Positions 1 through 11,065 of a stretch of DNA of 64,000 bases are shown one piece after another. The stretch is from the NCBI GenBank assembly GCA_963718565.1, contig OY970364.1, forward strand, positions 288,001 to 352,000. The letters run 5' to 3'. The stretch's first letter is position 1. Every line of letters begins with the position of its first letter. This stretch comes from an uncultured Verrucomicrobiae bacterium. Its GTDB lineage: Bacteria; Chlamydiota; Chlamydiia; Chlamydiales; Rhabdochlamydiaceae. Both the position numbers and the translations under genes were made by a program. The notes below the pieces were generated by a model, which worked only from the letters and a program-made list of their open reading frames with translations, made no database searches and had not been told where the DNA came from.

Positions 1-2
1 TT

Positions 3-863
3 TCCAAAGAAGAATTAGAAAAACATAAACAGTACGTCGAGCAGCCTAGGGTTGGCGGCATCTGGTTTCCGCAGTCCACCATCTTGTTTGCGCCCTTAGT
101 TGCCGACCCAAGGCAGCCGACAAACTCGGCAGCGCTGAGGGTGGGCGACAAAGTGATCGGAGATGTCGTCGCTGCTGTTTCACTTGGGGATGATTTTCCT
201 ATTTTTCGCTGGCTAGATGTGTTTCGCTGGCACGGAGATTTGCAGATTGGGATCGAGGCCGGCATCTGGTCGGTATTTAACTACAAAAACATTCCCCATC
301 GCAAAAAACATGAAACTTGCGAACTGGTCAACACGGACTTCCTTGTCGGTATTCCACTCACATACGCTGCGGACAGATGGTCATTCCGTCTACGAGTCTA
401 TCACATTTCTTCGCATTTAGGAGATGAGTATTTGTGCAATCACCATGCTTGCCATCGACGAAAAAATCCTAGCATGGAAGCCATTGATTTTTTCTCTTCT
501 TATCAATTCTCAAGCCATTTACGGGCGTATTTTGGACCAGGAGTTGTTTTCCATAGCGACCCCACATTTAAAATCAAACCCCTCTATGTCGAGTACGGCG
601 CTGAACTGAGAGTTTTGGGAACAAAATTCTCCTACCACCGCATTTACGGAACACCCTTTTTTGCCATCCATTTGGAAAACTGGCAAGAGCGGCATTGGGA
701 TCTAGATTTGACCGTAAAGCTCGGTTACGAGATCAGTAAATTGCAAGGAATAGGCCGCAAAATGCGGGTATACGTCGATTATCACCATGGCTTTTCTTAC
801 GAAGGACAGTTCTTCAACAAGCGCACTCAATATGGCGAGTTTGGAGTTTCTTGGGGCTTTTAA
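3..863 (+). CDS. DUF1207-like chlamydial protein, probable outer-membrane beta-barrel (5'-truncated by the window)
   Basis: Frame is open from the window edge. Motifs FAPLVADPRQP and YHISSHLGDE; ends in aromatic C-terminal ...GVSWGF. Confidence 0.7.
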   Translation, partial: SKEELEKHKQYVEQPRVGGIWFPQSTILFAPLVADPRQPTNSAALRVGDKVIGDVVAAVSLGDDFPIFRWLDVFRWHGDLQIGIEAGIWSVFNYKNIPHRKKHETCELVNTDFLVGIPLTYAADRWSFRLRVYHISSHLGDEYLCNHHACHRRKNPSMEAIDFFSSYQFSSHLRAYFGPGVVFHSDPTFKIKPLYVEYGAELRVLGTKFSYHRIYGTPFFAIHLENWQERHWDLDLTVKLGYEISKLQGIGRKMRVYVDYHHGFSYEGQFFNKRTQYGEFGVSWGF

Positions 864-866
864 AGA

Positions 867-2990
867 CTATTTCACAATGACGAACCCATCTTCATAGGGA
901 GGATACTCAAATCCAATGGCAAGGCTGTTGGAAAAGAACTGTCGGTAAACTTTTAGGCCCTGTTCGGCATTGGTGACGCAGTACAAGCAATTGCTCACCC
1001 ATTGAGATCCTTTGATTGTCCCTGCTTGAAGATTGCACTGGTAGCGCGAGGTGATTTTTTGACGCCAGTAGTCAGGGCTTCCAAAGAGAAGGACAGGCGT
1101 TGGGGTGATGGACCCCACTTTGCGCCTCACTTCTTCCAGACAATATTCAAAATCGGTTCCATATCCTCCTGTGAGGATGATCGGAAAATCCAGATTGAAT
1201 TCCGACTGACGTTCGACGAGTTTGTCGAGCCGGTAGGTCATTTTTGCCTCGATGTAAGGGTTCTGCTTTTGTTCCTGGATATTAAGATTGCCGCTATTGC
1301 GAAAGTCGACGATGTTGGCGCAAGAGAGGATCCCCGTGCGTTTAGCGACGCGATTGCCCACTTCCATCAATCCCGGTCCGCCGCCAGTCACAAGGGCGAT
1401 CGGTGTGTCAGGATTTAATAAACGGTGGTTATATTCCGAGCGCATAGCGATGATGCCGCGCATCATGAGGGTCAGTTCTTCTTCAAAATCTCCTTGCAAC
1501 AGCGTCGAGCCGTAAATGCCGAATGATGTCGCTTTGACAAAAGTATCAACCAGAGGATTGGGGACGAACATCCCAGAGTCTTTGTTGGGCTTAGGGACAT
1601 ATTGCAAAACATTGCCTGAGGTTTCATCCACCCAATAGACGGGAATGCCAAATTTGGCAAGATCGAGAAGCAAGGAACGATCTTCGTGTGAGAAAAAACT
1701 CCCATAGGCTAGCGAAGGATATTGAAAGTAAATTCCTTTGAGACAGCGTTGAACCAGATCGCTGAGCAGATGCCGTTTCATGACGGGCGAGGGGAAATAG
1801 CGGGTGAGCAGAACACCCTGAGAGGTGATTAACCCATCTTCTATCGCTTTTAAAAAGGGATATTCCGCCTGTTGTTCGATGTATCGCTGGACAAAAAGCG
1901 CTTGCTGAGCAGGATAAAAAAGACCAGGAAATTCGCTCATATGCGTTTCCCGCAAGATCCATGTGTGAGTTTGAAGATGGAGAAGCTGTTCGCCTTTAAC
2001 GACAAAGACACTCGCACGGTTCGAAATAGGCAGTGGAGCGGTCTGAAAAGCTTTGAACAAGGTCGCAGAATCTTCAAGACTGCTTTGTAACTGGTCGCGG
2101 TCGGCAAAAAAAACGTGTTCGCGATGCGGTTCCAAAGTATAGAATTCAATCGGCATGACATTCATTTCTTGATCTTCAGACGACCCGTAGAGTTCGTAAA
2201 CATCTCCTGAAGCTTTTGTGTCGGGCTCTAGGACATTAGCTGTAGTGTGATTGACTCCCAGCGGCAATAACGTATCGACAACTTTGCCATAAGCAGTTCG
2301 GATGTGCAAAGGCGCTGTCTGCACGAGCAGAATTTCTCCTTTAATGACTTTGCGTTGTGCTAAGGGAAGCCAAGTCTGATCAAGTTGGATCAATGTACGC
2401 AAGCGAAAAGAGCGATGTGTTAATGCCTTGCCAATCGTTGGCAAAAGCCCAAAAATTGCTTCATGATCGTAGGTGAGAGTTCCCTCTTGCAAGTGCAGAA
2501 AAGCAATTGTCCTGCCATCGATTTTCTCAAGGAGAAGGTCATCCCTACCTTTGGGTCCGCCAAGGGAAAGCAAGGGGCGTCCCTGGCGATCCGTGCGTCC
2601 GAACATCCTGAGAAGATAATCAGGATTACGCACCCGGCGGCGTGGGTCAGCGGCAAACAGCTTTCCGACATGCGCGCCTTCTGTGAGGTAATCGAGAAGA
2701 GCGATTGCAATTTTTCCATAGGCTTGGATATGAATCTGTACTTTTGCAGAGTGATTTTGCTCATCTAACTCATATTCATACAGAATCGCATTGAGGCCGA
2801 GCTGGGCCAGTGTGCTCTTTAAATTAAAGGAAATGTGTTCTTTCTCAATATGGAAACCGACAAAGGCTGGCGAAATATTCTGAATCAACAAGACAGCTTC
2901 GAACCCATCAGAAGCTGTGCGCTTTGACGAAGTGATGATGCCGTCGGGTGTAACAAGGTCAAAGTGCGCAGGAAAAAGATAACTTTCCAT
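867..2990 (-). CDS. Conserved chlamydial protein with C-terminal LOG/SLOG-family nucleotide-processing domain
   Basis: 707 aa; TGGGPGLME and GGYGTDFE match the LOG-family GGGPGxME and PGGxGTxxE motifs. Confidence 0.8.
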   Translation of the reverse strand: MESYLFPAHFDLVTPDGIITSSKRTASDGFEAVLLIQNISPAFVGFHIEKEHISFNLKSTLAQLGLNAILYEYELDEQNHSAKVQIHIQAYGKIAIALLDYLTEGAHVGKLFAADPRRRVRNPDYLLRMFGRTDRQGRPLLSLGGPKGRDDLLLEKIDGRTIAFLHLQEGTLTYDHEAIFGLLPTIGKALTHRSFRLRTLIQLDQTWLPLAQRKVIKGEILLVQTAPLHIRTAYGKVVDTLLPLGVNHTTANVLEPDTKASGDVYELYGSSEDQEMNVMPIEFYTLEPHREHVFFADRDQLQSSLEDSATLFKAFQTAPLPISNRASVFVVKGEQLLHLQTHTWILRETHMSEFPGLFYPAQQALFVQRYIEQQAEYPFLKAIEDGLITSQGVLLTRYFPSPVMKRHLLSDLVQRCLKGIYFQYPSLAYGSFFSHEDRSLLLDLAKFGIPVYWVDETSGNVLQYVPKPNKDSGMFVPNPLVDTFVKATSFGIYGSTLLQGDFEEELTLMMRGIIAMRSEYNHRLLNPDTPIALVTGGGPGLMEVGNRVAKRTGILSCANIVDFRNSGNLNIQEQKQNPYIEAKMTYRLDKLVERQSEFNLDFPIILTGGYGTDFEYCLEEVRRKVGSITPTPVLLFGSPDYWRQKITSRYQCNLQAGTIKGSQWVSNCLYCVTNAEQGLKVYRQFFSNSLAIGFEYPPYEDGFVIVK

Positions 2991-3042
2991 ATAACGCCAA
3001 CAATAGTCAACCAGGGTAAAAAAAAGAAGCGTTTAGATGATA

Positions 3043-3068
3043 GAGGGAATTGCAAAACTCCTCGCCAG
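3043..3068 (+). repeat. Isolated left end of the GAGGGAATTGCAAAAC repeat family (subtype A)
   Basis: GAGGGAATTGCAAAACTCCTCGCCAG is identical to the starts of the copies at 17180 and 17730; preceded by TA. Confidence 0.85.
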
Positions 3069-3127
3069 AGCAGCTACTCCCGTTAAAAACCGTTTGAAGA
3101 AGATATTTTACCACCCGCTCCGCAAGC

Positions 3128-3388
3128 TCCCCTGCACAATAATGACGGTGAGCAAGATATCCGAGGTGTGGCTAAACGAAGAAATATCTCTGGCACTACC
3201 AAAAGCGTAGAGGGCAGACAATTTCGAGACGGCCTATTGACGCTCAAGCAGACATGCGCCAGACTTGGCGTGAGCTTTTGGGAGTATTTGAGTCGGTGGT
3301 TTCGAGGGGATCCGATCGATTTAGCACAATTTGTTCATGAGCGTTATCAAACACCCTCTCCGGCCACACCTTGATTGGTAGCACGTAC
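3128..3388 (+). pseudogene. 3' fragment of the IS66-like transposase
   Basis: Near-identical to about 12707-12967 (LHNND...LKQTCARLGVSFWEYL); ends at GTAGCACGTAC. Confidence 0.9.
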
Positions 3389-3584
3389 AAAAAAACTAAG
3401 GTCATGCGACGAGTTCCTTCTTTCAAGAAATTCACGGTGAAGTTAATCAACAATGCTGTTCCGCTTAGGCATCCCACCTAGCAATGCTTCAGGTCCTGAA
3501 AAACTAAAACATTTACTAAAATGGATTAAAAAAAGTATCTTCAATGTTTTATAAATTTTTAACTTTCCACAAAGGAGAAATTTT

Positions 3585-4844
3585 ATGTCAGACATGTGTG
3601 TTGATGCTTGTGAAGGTATTGATGATAGCGTTTACGGCTACCAGCCTGTAGAAGAAAACCCGACCGTTCTTTGGAATGGTCGTGAAGTGACTCTTGTTCA
3701 AGAAACGGATGAGAGATACAACAAAATCCTGCAAATCATCCATGCGGAACGTACTCAAGAACCTCCTTTAAAGCTGGAGACGGAAAATAATCTTGCCTCA
3801 CTCAGGGAACATGAGTCCCAATTCAACCCCTGTTTCAAAGCAACGGAGACGGTTGTAAACACTATTCTCAATGACCCACAATTTGACGCCTCCAAAGCAT
3901 CGTTAATTTCACGCGGCTGGTTAGAAATTGCCAGAACAGGCCATGAAAGAATCGATGAGGCTTTTAATGCGGTTGAAAAGGTGGAGGAAAATCAAACCGT
4001 TGCCAATTTTTTTGAAACTTTAGAAATAGGTGGCGCAGTCGGCAAATCATTAGTTTTTCCTCTTGAGCAGCCTTTAAAAGCTATTAGCAAATCAGTGTCT
4101 TCATTGCTCCCCGCATTAGAACCCCAACCTTCTCGATACTTTGAAACAGAAGGGATTAAACGAAAAGATATCATGATTACATTCGCAAATGGCATGGCTA
4201 ATAGATTTGAGGATGCAAAACGCAATCTGGATCATCTCAAACGATTAAGCGGCTCTGATCTTTGTCTAGAGGGAGTTTATAACCACACCAATGGCGCCAT
4301 TGCTGACCTCCTAGAAATTGCTCTTCTCAATTATCCTGGATATTCTCCAAACACTCAAGACCTGCTCGGACAAAAATGGGTGGAGTTTCATGAAAGAAAT
4401 CAGGATAACCCTGATGCGAAAATTTTGCATTTCTGCCATAGTCAAGGTGCAATTCATACAAGGAACACTTTGAATAGTCTTCCTCAAGAAATACGGGACA
4501 GAATCATTGTCGTTGCAATAGCACCAGCAGTGGTTATCTCTAGTGAATTGTGTTACCAATCATTCAATTATGCAAGTAAGAAAGATATTGTCCATCGTGG
4601 GGAAGATGTCATTGCAACTCTTGGGTTGTATGGGGCTATTTTTCACGATGAAGATACTGCAGGCCCGGACATGCTGAGACAACAGATTTTAGAGACTTAC
4701 TGCAAGAATAAAGCGCAGCTCATTTTACTTGAACCGCACGAAGGAGCCACGGGGATAGATCATAATTTGACAAGCCCAACTTTTATCCATCATATTACAC
4801 AACGGCTTGAAAGCTATCTAATGGGAAGTGTCGCATGCGATTAA
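3585..4844 (+). CDS. Alpha/beta-hydrolase-fold protein (DUF687-like), putative toxin or effector
   Basis: FCHSQGA nucleophile elbow, followed by KKDIV and GIDH as candidate triad residues; RBS AAGGAG upstream. Confidence 0.65.
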   Translation: MSDMCVDACEGIDDSVYGYQPVEENPTVLWNGREVTLVQETDERYNKILQIIHAERTQEPPLKLETENNLASLREHESQFNPCFKATETVVNTILNDPQFDASKASLISRGWLEIARTGHERIDEAFNAVEKVEENQTVANFFETLEIGGAVGKSLVFPLEQPLKAISKSVSSLLPALEPQPSRYFETEGIKRKDIMITFANGMANRFEDAKRNLDHLKRLSGSDLCLEGVYNHTNGAIADLLEIALLNYPGYSPNTQDLLGQKWVEFHERNQDNPDAKILHFCHSQGAIHTRNTLNSLPQEIRDRIIVVAIAPAVVISSELCYQSFNYASKKDIVHRGEDVIATLGLYGAIFHDEDTAGPDMLRQQILETYCKNKAQLILLEPHEGATGIDHNLTSPTFIHHITQRLESYLMGSVACD

Positions 4845-5368
4845 TCTTATTTTATCTTTTCACATTGTTACTTACTGGTTGCATTCCAAAACCTGGTCCT
4901 ATTGATCTTAAACCTCATCCTGCAAAGGAGATGGTCTTCGAAATTGAGAGGAAAGTCCTTTTGCAATTAAAAAAGGAGAAAAATCTTTACCCTTGTGAAT
5001 TTGGAAGCGGGGGGAACACCCCCGTTACTTTATTACATTGGGGATTTAATTATTATCACGAAGTGAATATTGAAAAAGCAAGAGAGCTGATTCTAATAGC
5101 AACACATCAATTTCTTGCAGAGATTAATGGCAATGAGAAAATCCGGCCTTACTTGGCATCTTACCCATTTAAACCAGAAAATCTCCAAGTTGAAATTTTT
5201 TTCTTTGAACAAAATGGCTCACTATTAGCATCTGAAAAATTATGCATCGTAGAAATAAATAGAGGTAAATTGAGGTATAAAATTGCTGTACCTAGTTCTG
5301 GGCTTCCTCTGACGACAATCTATCGAGAAACATATGAAGAAGCAATGGCTCAACTCAGCACTTTGTAG
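4835..5368 (+). CDS. Lipoprotein, putative immunity protein
   Basis: Signal peptide MRLILFYLFTLLLTG-C with lipobox; overlaps the upstream gene by 10 nt. Confidence 0.65.
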   Translation: MRLILFYLFTLLLTGCIPKPGPIDLKPHPAKEMVFEIERKVLLQLKKEKNLYPCEFGSGGNTPVTLLHWGFNYYHEVNIEKARELILIATHQFLAEINGNEKIRPYLASYPFKPENLQVEIFFFEQNGSLLASEKLCIVEINRGKLRYKIAVPSSGLPLTTIYRETYEEAMAQLSTL

Positions 5369-5476
5369 GTCTTTCCAACTTCGTTGCCAAGTACAACTTT
5401 TAGTTGCACCCATAGGAATGTGGTTCTTGAGCATTATTTTTTGCAAAGGTAGAATGGTACTTTATCGAGTGGCGCT

Positions 5477-6361
5477 ATGATTAAACGCAGTTTTGGGACT
5501 CATGATGGATCTTTCCATGCTGACGAAGTGACGGCGTGCGCCCTATTGTTCGTGTTTGGAAAAATCGATAAAGATAAGATTGTGCGCTCCCGCGATCTCA
5601 AAGTCTTGGCAGAATGCGAATATGTGTGCGATGTCGGAGGAATCTACGATCCCAAACAAAAGCGTTTTGATCATCATCAATCTGAATATACCGGAGATTT
5701 AAGTAGTGCAGGCATGGTCTGGCTCTATTTAAAGGATCAGAAGATTGTCGACGAAGCGACCTGCGATTTTTTTAACCGTTCATTAATCCTAGGCATTGAT
5801 GCCCATGACAATGGGCGTGTGACTCCAGAAATAGGTACGTGCACATTTTCCCAGGTAATCACAAATTTTGTCCCGCCGGCTTATGATGCGCCAAAAGAGG
5901 AGCAGACGAAAGCTTTTTTTGAAGCATTGGATTTTGTCATAGAGCACTTGAGACGGCTGAAAGAGCGATTTGAATATATTCAAGCCTGTCGTGAAAAAGT
6001 TGTAGAGAGTATGAAGAAAAAAGAAAAGTTTCTCTTTTTTGAAGAGGCGATGCCGTGGATGGAGTGCTTTTTCGAATTGGGCGGAGAAACTCATCCCGCG
6101 CTTTTTGTTGTCATGCCTTCGAGCGGACATTGGAAATTGCGCGGGATTCCCCCCACGCTGGAAGAGCGAATGAAAGTACGTATTCCACTTCCGCAGGAAT
6201 GGGCGGGACTGCTCGACGACGATTTGAAACGAGCTTCTGGAATTCCGGGAGCAATTTTCTGCCATAAAGGCCGTTTCGTTTCTGTTTGGGAGACTAAAGA
6301 AGATGTGTTTAAAGCTTTAGAGTACGCATTAAGGATGCATCATGACAACAGTATTCGGTAA
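5477..6361 (+). CDS. MYG1 (UPF0160) family metal-dependent hydrolase/exonuclease
   Basis: THDGSFHADE, DVGG...FDHHQ, LSSAG and FCHKGRF motifs. Confidence 0.92.
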   Translation: MIKRSFGTHDGSFHADEVTACALLFVFGKIDKDKIVRSRDLKVLAECEYVCDVGGIYDPKQKRFDHHQSEYTGDLSSAGMVWLYLKDQKIVDEATCDFFNRSLILGIDAHDNGRVTPEIGTCTFSQVITNFVPPAYDAPKEEQTKAFFEALDFVIEHLRRLKERFEYIQACREKVVESMKKKEKFLFFEEAMPWMECFFELGGETHPALFVVMPSSGHWKLRGIPPTLEERMKVRIPLPQEWAGLLDDDLKRASGIPGAIFCHKGRFVSVWETKEDVFKALEYALRMHHDNSIR

Positions 6362-6677
6362 GATTATCAAAGGGGAGTTACCCTGTAAAAAAGTGTTCGA
6401 AAATGAGCGGATTTTGGCCATTGAAGATATTGCCCCTGTCGCACCTGTGCATATTCTCATCATGCCTAAGAAAGAAATCCCTAACTTACAAGCAGTACAG
6501 CCTGAAGATCTGCCTCTGATCGCAGAAATCGTGCAAATCACACAAAAACTTGCGGATGAATACAACCTCGAAGATGGATACCGATTTCTGACGAATAACG
6601 GCCCTGACGGAGGTCAGATGATTGACCATCTTCACTTTCATCTCATCGGGGGCCGCAGGCTTGCCCATCTTGGATAA
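6342..6677 (+). CDS. HIT-family (histidine triad) nucleotide-binding protein
   Basis: HLHFH triad motif; F.KII.GE.P N-terminus. Confidence 0.93.
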   Translation: MTTVFGKIIKGELPCKKVFENERILAIEDIAPVAPVHILIMPKKEIPNLQAVQPEDLPLIAEIVQITQKLADEYNLEDGYRFLTNNGPDGGQMIDHLHFHLIGGRRLAHLG

Positions 6678-6683
6678 GTAAGT

Positions 6684-8429
6684 ATGCGTTATCCTTTTTT
6701 ATTCACCGCCTTTTTTTCTTGTTTGGCAGGAACTGTTTTTGGGGCAATTTCAGAAGAAGAATACAAAAAACGCATCTATGCGCATTTGATGATCTCAGAT
6801 CGATTATCTGCGGTTCAGGAAGCAGAAAGAGCCATCCGCGATTATCCTGAATCCAAAAATGTCCAGCTCGCCTACATCCGGGCATTAAGTGAAAAAGGCG
6901 ATGAGACAGAAGCGATGGAGCGTTGGGTGGAGACAACCCTTAAGTTCGAAGAAGAAAAAAACAATCGACGTATGCTTGAGCTTTTAGCTTGGGGTGTGTT
7001 GAACAAAGGGGAATCTTCGGCGCAACTCAATATTCGCCTCAATTCGATGATTGGCGCTGCTGTGACGCGCGATGCTAAAGCAATTCCGATTCTCTTGGGA
7101 CAAATGCGTGCGACAAACGCTCTGTTACGCTCAATCGCTGTCAAACTCGCGACAACTTTTGGGGATGCACCTCTGAAAGATGAAATTGCGCGCATGCTCA
7201 AAGCCGAAAAAGTGTGGTATGTCAGATTAGATGTGATTCGAGCGGTTGGCGCCTTGCGTTTGCTAGAATTAAAAACAGATCTTAAAGAGATCATCGGAAA
7301 TCCTCGAACACTTGCAGAAGAGAAAGCCGCCGCCATTGTTTCGCTTGTAAGCATGTACGATTCTATCGATCGAACGGAACTGTTAAGCCTTGTGCAAAGC
7401 AATCGTGCTGGTTTGCGGCAATTAGCAGCCGAGGTGATTTCCCATCTCAATGTGCACGAAGATCTCGACCTACTCCTTCCGCTACTGCGCGATGCATCTC
7501 CAGACGTGCGGATCTCTGCTTTGAATGTTCTGGCGTTGATGCGCGTGCAAAAAATTGGATCTGCCAGTACCCTTGAGCTGCTTGAAGAAAATGTGCACAG
7601 CACTTCCCCTGAAGTGGCAATTACCGCTGCTTATGTGTGCCTTCTGCTGAACGAGAAAGAAGGCAGCCATCATTTAAGCCAATGGCTGAAATCGGAAAAC
7701 GCGGAATGGCGGCGTCTCTCTTCAGCTGCCCTGTCCTCTAGTGGAAAATATGGGCTTAAGCTCATTCTGAAAGAATTTAAAGAGACTCAAGACCCTTACG
7801 TAAAAATTAATCTAGCCATGGGACTAATCGGTCAGCGCATTCAAGTTAGCGCTGCTTGTGATGCTATCCACAAGATCCTCAGCCAAGAAAAGAACACCTT
7901 GTGGATGTGGGACTTGCACAGCAATCCTCTCTTTCGTTCCTTGGCGCCAAGCCGTGTGAAACATATCGAACATATTCCGCATTATCCTGCTGTCGTTGAT
8001 CAGCTTGTCAAGCTCGATTTATTGTCTGTTTTAAGCATTTTGCGCTACCCCCATGCCCAATCCGTTGTCAGAGAGTTTTTACAAGCGCGCACCTGGGGAG
8101 TTACAGGAGCGGCTGCAGCAACACTTTTGCAAGAAGGCGATGAAGAAGATCTTGCCGCAGTACGCGAACTGCTCAATGATCACGATGAGAAAATTCGCGT
8201 TCAAGCCGCGATGATTTTGGCAATTGTCGGCAGCGACCCTTCAGCTGTCAAAGTCCTGCAAGAGGCCTATCCTTACGTCGATCGTGAAATGAAAGTCCAC
8301 ATTCTCGAGGCTTTGGCGCATATCGGCGATCCCAGCTCCATTCCTTTTTTACTCAATATTTTAAAAGAACCTTTCCAAGTCTTGCGTGTTGTCTCAGCTT
8401 CTGCTTTAATCCAATGTTTATACCACTAA
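6684..8429 (+). CDS. HEAT-repeat protein with N-terminal signal sequence
   Basis: Repeated LL.D..P.VR..A helical pairs; hydrophobic N-terminus. Confidence 0.8.
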   Translation: MRYPFLFTAFFSCLAGTVFGAISEEEYKKRIYAHLMISDRLSAVQEAERAIRDYPESKNVQLAYIRALSEKGDETEAMERWVETTLKFEEEKNNRRMLELLAWGVLNKGESSAQLNIRLNSMIGAAVTRDAKAIPILLGQMRATNALLRSIAVKLATTFGDAPLKDEIARMLKAEKVWYVRLDVIRAVGALRLLELKTDLKEIIGNPRTLAEEKAAAIVSLVSMYDSIDRTELLSLVQSNRAGLRQLAAEVISHLNVHEDLDLLLPLLRDASPDVRISALNVLALMRVQKIGSASTLELLEENVHSTSPEVAITAAYVCLLLNEKEGSHHLSQWLKSENAEWRRLSSAALSSSGKYGLKLILKEFKETQDPYVKINLAMGLIGQRIQVSAACDAIHKILSQEKNTLWMWDLHSNPLFRSLAPSRVKHIEHIPHYPAVVDQLVKLDLLSVLSILRYPHAQSVVREFLQARTWGVTGAAAATLLQEGDEEDLAAVRELLNDHDEKIRVQAAMILAIVGSDPSAVKVLQEAYPYVDREMKVHILEALAHIGDPSSIPFLLNILKEPFQVLRVVSASALIQCLYH

Positions 8430-8443
8430 AGCTGGAGAAGGTA

Positions 8444-9634
8444 ATGGATTGGCCCGCGAGGATTAGCGATGCTCAAAAACATCTCATTGAAGAGAAGATC
8501 GATGGCTGGCTGCTTTATGATTTCAGTGGGAGCAACGCGCTTGCCCGCGATTTTTTAAATATTCCTCCTGAAGAGTTGACCACGCGTCGGTTTTTTTATT
8601 GGATTCCGGCAGAGGGGTTGCCGATCAAAATTCTGCATGTGATCGAACCTCATGTCATCAGCGAACTACCCGGAGAAGTTTTGACATACTTGAAATGGCA
8701 AGAACTGGAATCTCAACTTGGCAAAGTTCTCAAAGGTGCAAAAACTGTTGCGATGGAATTTTCTCCTCGCAATGCAATTCCATATCTTTCCAAAGTGGAT
8801 GCAGGAATGGTCGATCTCGTGCGCAGTTTTCAAGTCGAGGTCGTTTCTTCAGCTTCATTTTTGCAATATTACACATGCGTTCTTAACGAAGAACAATATC
8901 AATTGCACGTAGAAGCAGCTAACATGTTGGACCGAGTTGTTGCAGAAGCATGGGAAAAAATCGCCCATGCGCTCACTAAAGGTACTAAGATCAACGAATA
9001 TCAAGTCCAACAATTTATCGCGGAACAGCTTTCTACTCGCGGCTTTACGGCTGAAGCGTTTCCCATTGTCGGAGTGAATGCCCATAGTGCAGATCCCCAC
9101 TATGAGCCAATCAAAGAAAAATCGAGTGAGATTAAGAAAGGGGATTTTGTCCTGATTGATCTTTGGTGTAAGAAGAAGCATCCGAAAGCAATTTATGCAG
9201 ATATTTGTCGAGTGGCCGTTGCAGATACTCAACCCACTGAAAAACAAAAAGAGATTTTCTCGATTGTACGTACTGCGCAAAAAGCAGCGACAGAGTTTGT
9301 GGCCAGCCGTTATGCAAAAAAAGAGAGCATCCGAGGGTGCGAAGTCGACCAAGTCAGCCGTAAAATCATCGAAGAGAAAGGTTATGGAAAATACTTCACT
9401 CATCGCACGGGACACAATATCTACACTAAGGACCATGGGCCTGGAGCACATATCGATAGTCTTGAAACTCAGGACGTAAGGGAATTAATCCCTCGCACTT
9501 GCTTCTCCATTGAACCCGGGATTTACCTTCCTGGGGATTTTGGCGTGCGCTTAGAATATGATGTTTTTCTAGGAGATCAAGGAAAAATTCATATCAACGG
9601 CGGCTTTCAAGACGAGATTTTAGCTCTATTATAG
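8444..9634 (+). CDS. Xaa-Pro aminopeptidase, M24 family
   Basis: ADICR, HRTGH, FSIEPGIY and GVRLE metal-site motifs; ATG at 8444 preceded by GGAGAAGG. Confidence 0.88.
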   Translation: MDWPARISDAQKHLIEEKIDGWLLYDFSGSNALARDFLNIPPEELTTRRFFYWIPAEGLPIKILHVIEPHVISELPGEVLTYLKWQELESQLGKVLKGAKTVAMEFSPRNAIPYLSKVDAGMVDLVRSFQVEVVSSASFLQYYTCVLNEEQYQLHVEAANMLDRVVAEAWEKIAHALTKGTKINEYQVQQFIAEQLSTRGFTAEAFPIVGVNAHSADPHYEPIKEKSSEIKKGDFVLIDLWCKKKHPKAIYADICRVAVADTQPTEKQKEIFSIVRTAQKAATEFVASRYAKKESIRGCEVDQVSRKIIEEKGYGKYFTHRTGHNIYTKDHGPGAHIDSLETQDVRELIPRTCFSIEPGIYLPGDFGVRLEYDVFLGDQGKIHINGGFQDEILALL

Positions 9635-11065
9635 GAAGTCTTGACTCTCCACTGAGAAAATTTGTACGTCCTCAAAAACCTATGGCAAGCACTGAATGTC
9701 ATTTGGATCCATGCCAGGCTTTGCATTTATCGATCTCAATCAGGCATGGATCCAAATGACATTCAGTGCTTGCCACAGGTCTCCGAGGAAGTATGAATTG
9801 AGCGGCTTGTAAAGCCAGAACAAAACGCCCAAACCCATTAATAAAACTTTCGCTTGATAACAGAGCGCCCTATATTTAGACTGCTATGGCATGAACTCAA
9901 ACAAATGCCTTTCTAAGATCCCTTCAGAACTGCACGCTGTTCCTTGGCTTCAGACAATCGTCGTCCTTGTTCAGGAGCAGAGCGAGGAAATAGTCTCTTT
10001 GAAGAAGACAGTGCAAGAACTCAAAGATGAAATCACACGTCTAACAAAAACGCCTAAAAGACCTAAATTCAGGCCAGGAGGAGGAAACCCCAAGGCGAGG
10101 AGCGGAGCTCCTGGTAATAATACTGGTAGGATCAACTCGACTACTGCAAGAGGAATGGTTCCACAGAAAGTACAACAGGAAGTGCGCATTGTAGCCGCAG
10201 GAATCCCAAAAGGATCTCGCTTTAAGGGCTACCAGACCTATGTCGTTCAAGAACTAGAGACTGTACCTAAGGACATAACCTGTAAGCTCGAGGTCTGGCA
10301 ATCTCCCGATGGTAGTATAGTACGTGCATCTCTGCCCCCAGAAGTTCAAGGATCCCACTTTGGTCATCAATTGCGCGCTCTTGCTCACAATCTCTACGCT
10401 CTTGGGATGACAGAACCGGGGTTTTTTGACCTTCTAAGAGGAACTGGAATCGAAATTTCTGAAGGGCAAGTTCACAACATTCTCATCAATGAATCCGACG
10501 CATACCACCAAGAGAGCGAAAAAATCTTAACCGCTGGGCTTAAAGAAGCTCCCTACATCCGAACAGATGATACTGGTGAAAAGCATCAACACAAAAATGT
10601 ATATTGCACGCATATAGGAGGTGAGTATTTTGCTTATTACACAACAGCCTCCAGCAAATCACGGAAAAACTTCCTGAGAATTTTACTCCAAGGTAAAGAG
10701 GGTTATGCGATCAATGAAGCATTCATATGGCATCTCTTCCAATGTGGCGTTAAGGATGATTGGCTCAACCGGCTTGAAGAACATATGGGGAAAAAGTACC
10801 AAAAAAAGAAGGGGCTTAACCAACTGCTGAATAGCTTAAGGATTGAAGGCAAACAGCTGCGGCAGCAATGCATTGAAGCGGGATTGGTTGGTTTTATCAG
10901 CTTGGAAGCATGTTGGTAAGGCAGAGGTGCATGAACTATATGACCAACTGGTTGCAATGAAAAGCACAAGCCCAGTGCGCTGCCCCCCAAAAACTGGACA
11001 CTGGAATAAGAAATTAAATCGAGTGTAAAGTTTTTCTCTAAAAAAACAAAAAGGAGAAAAACATT

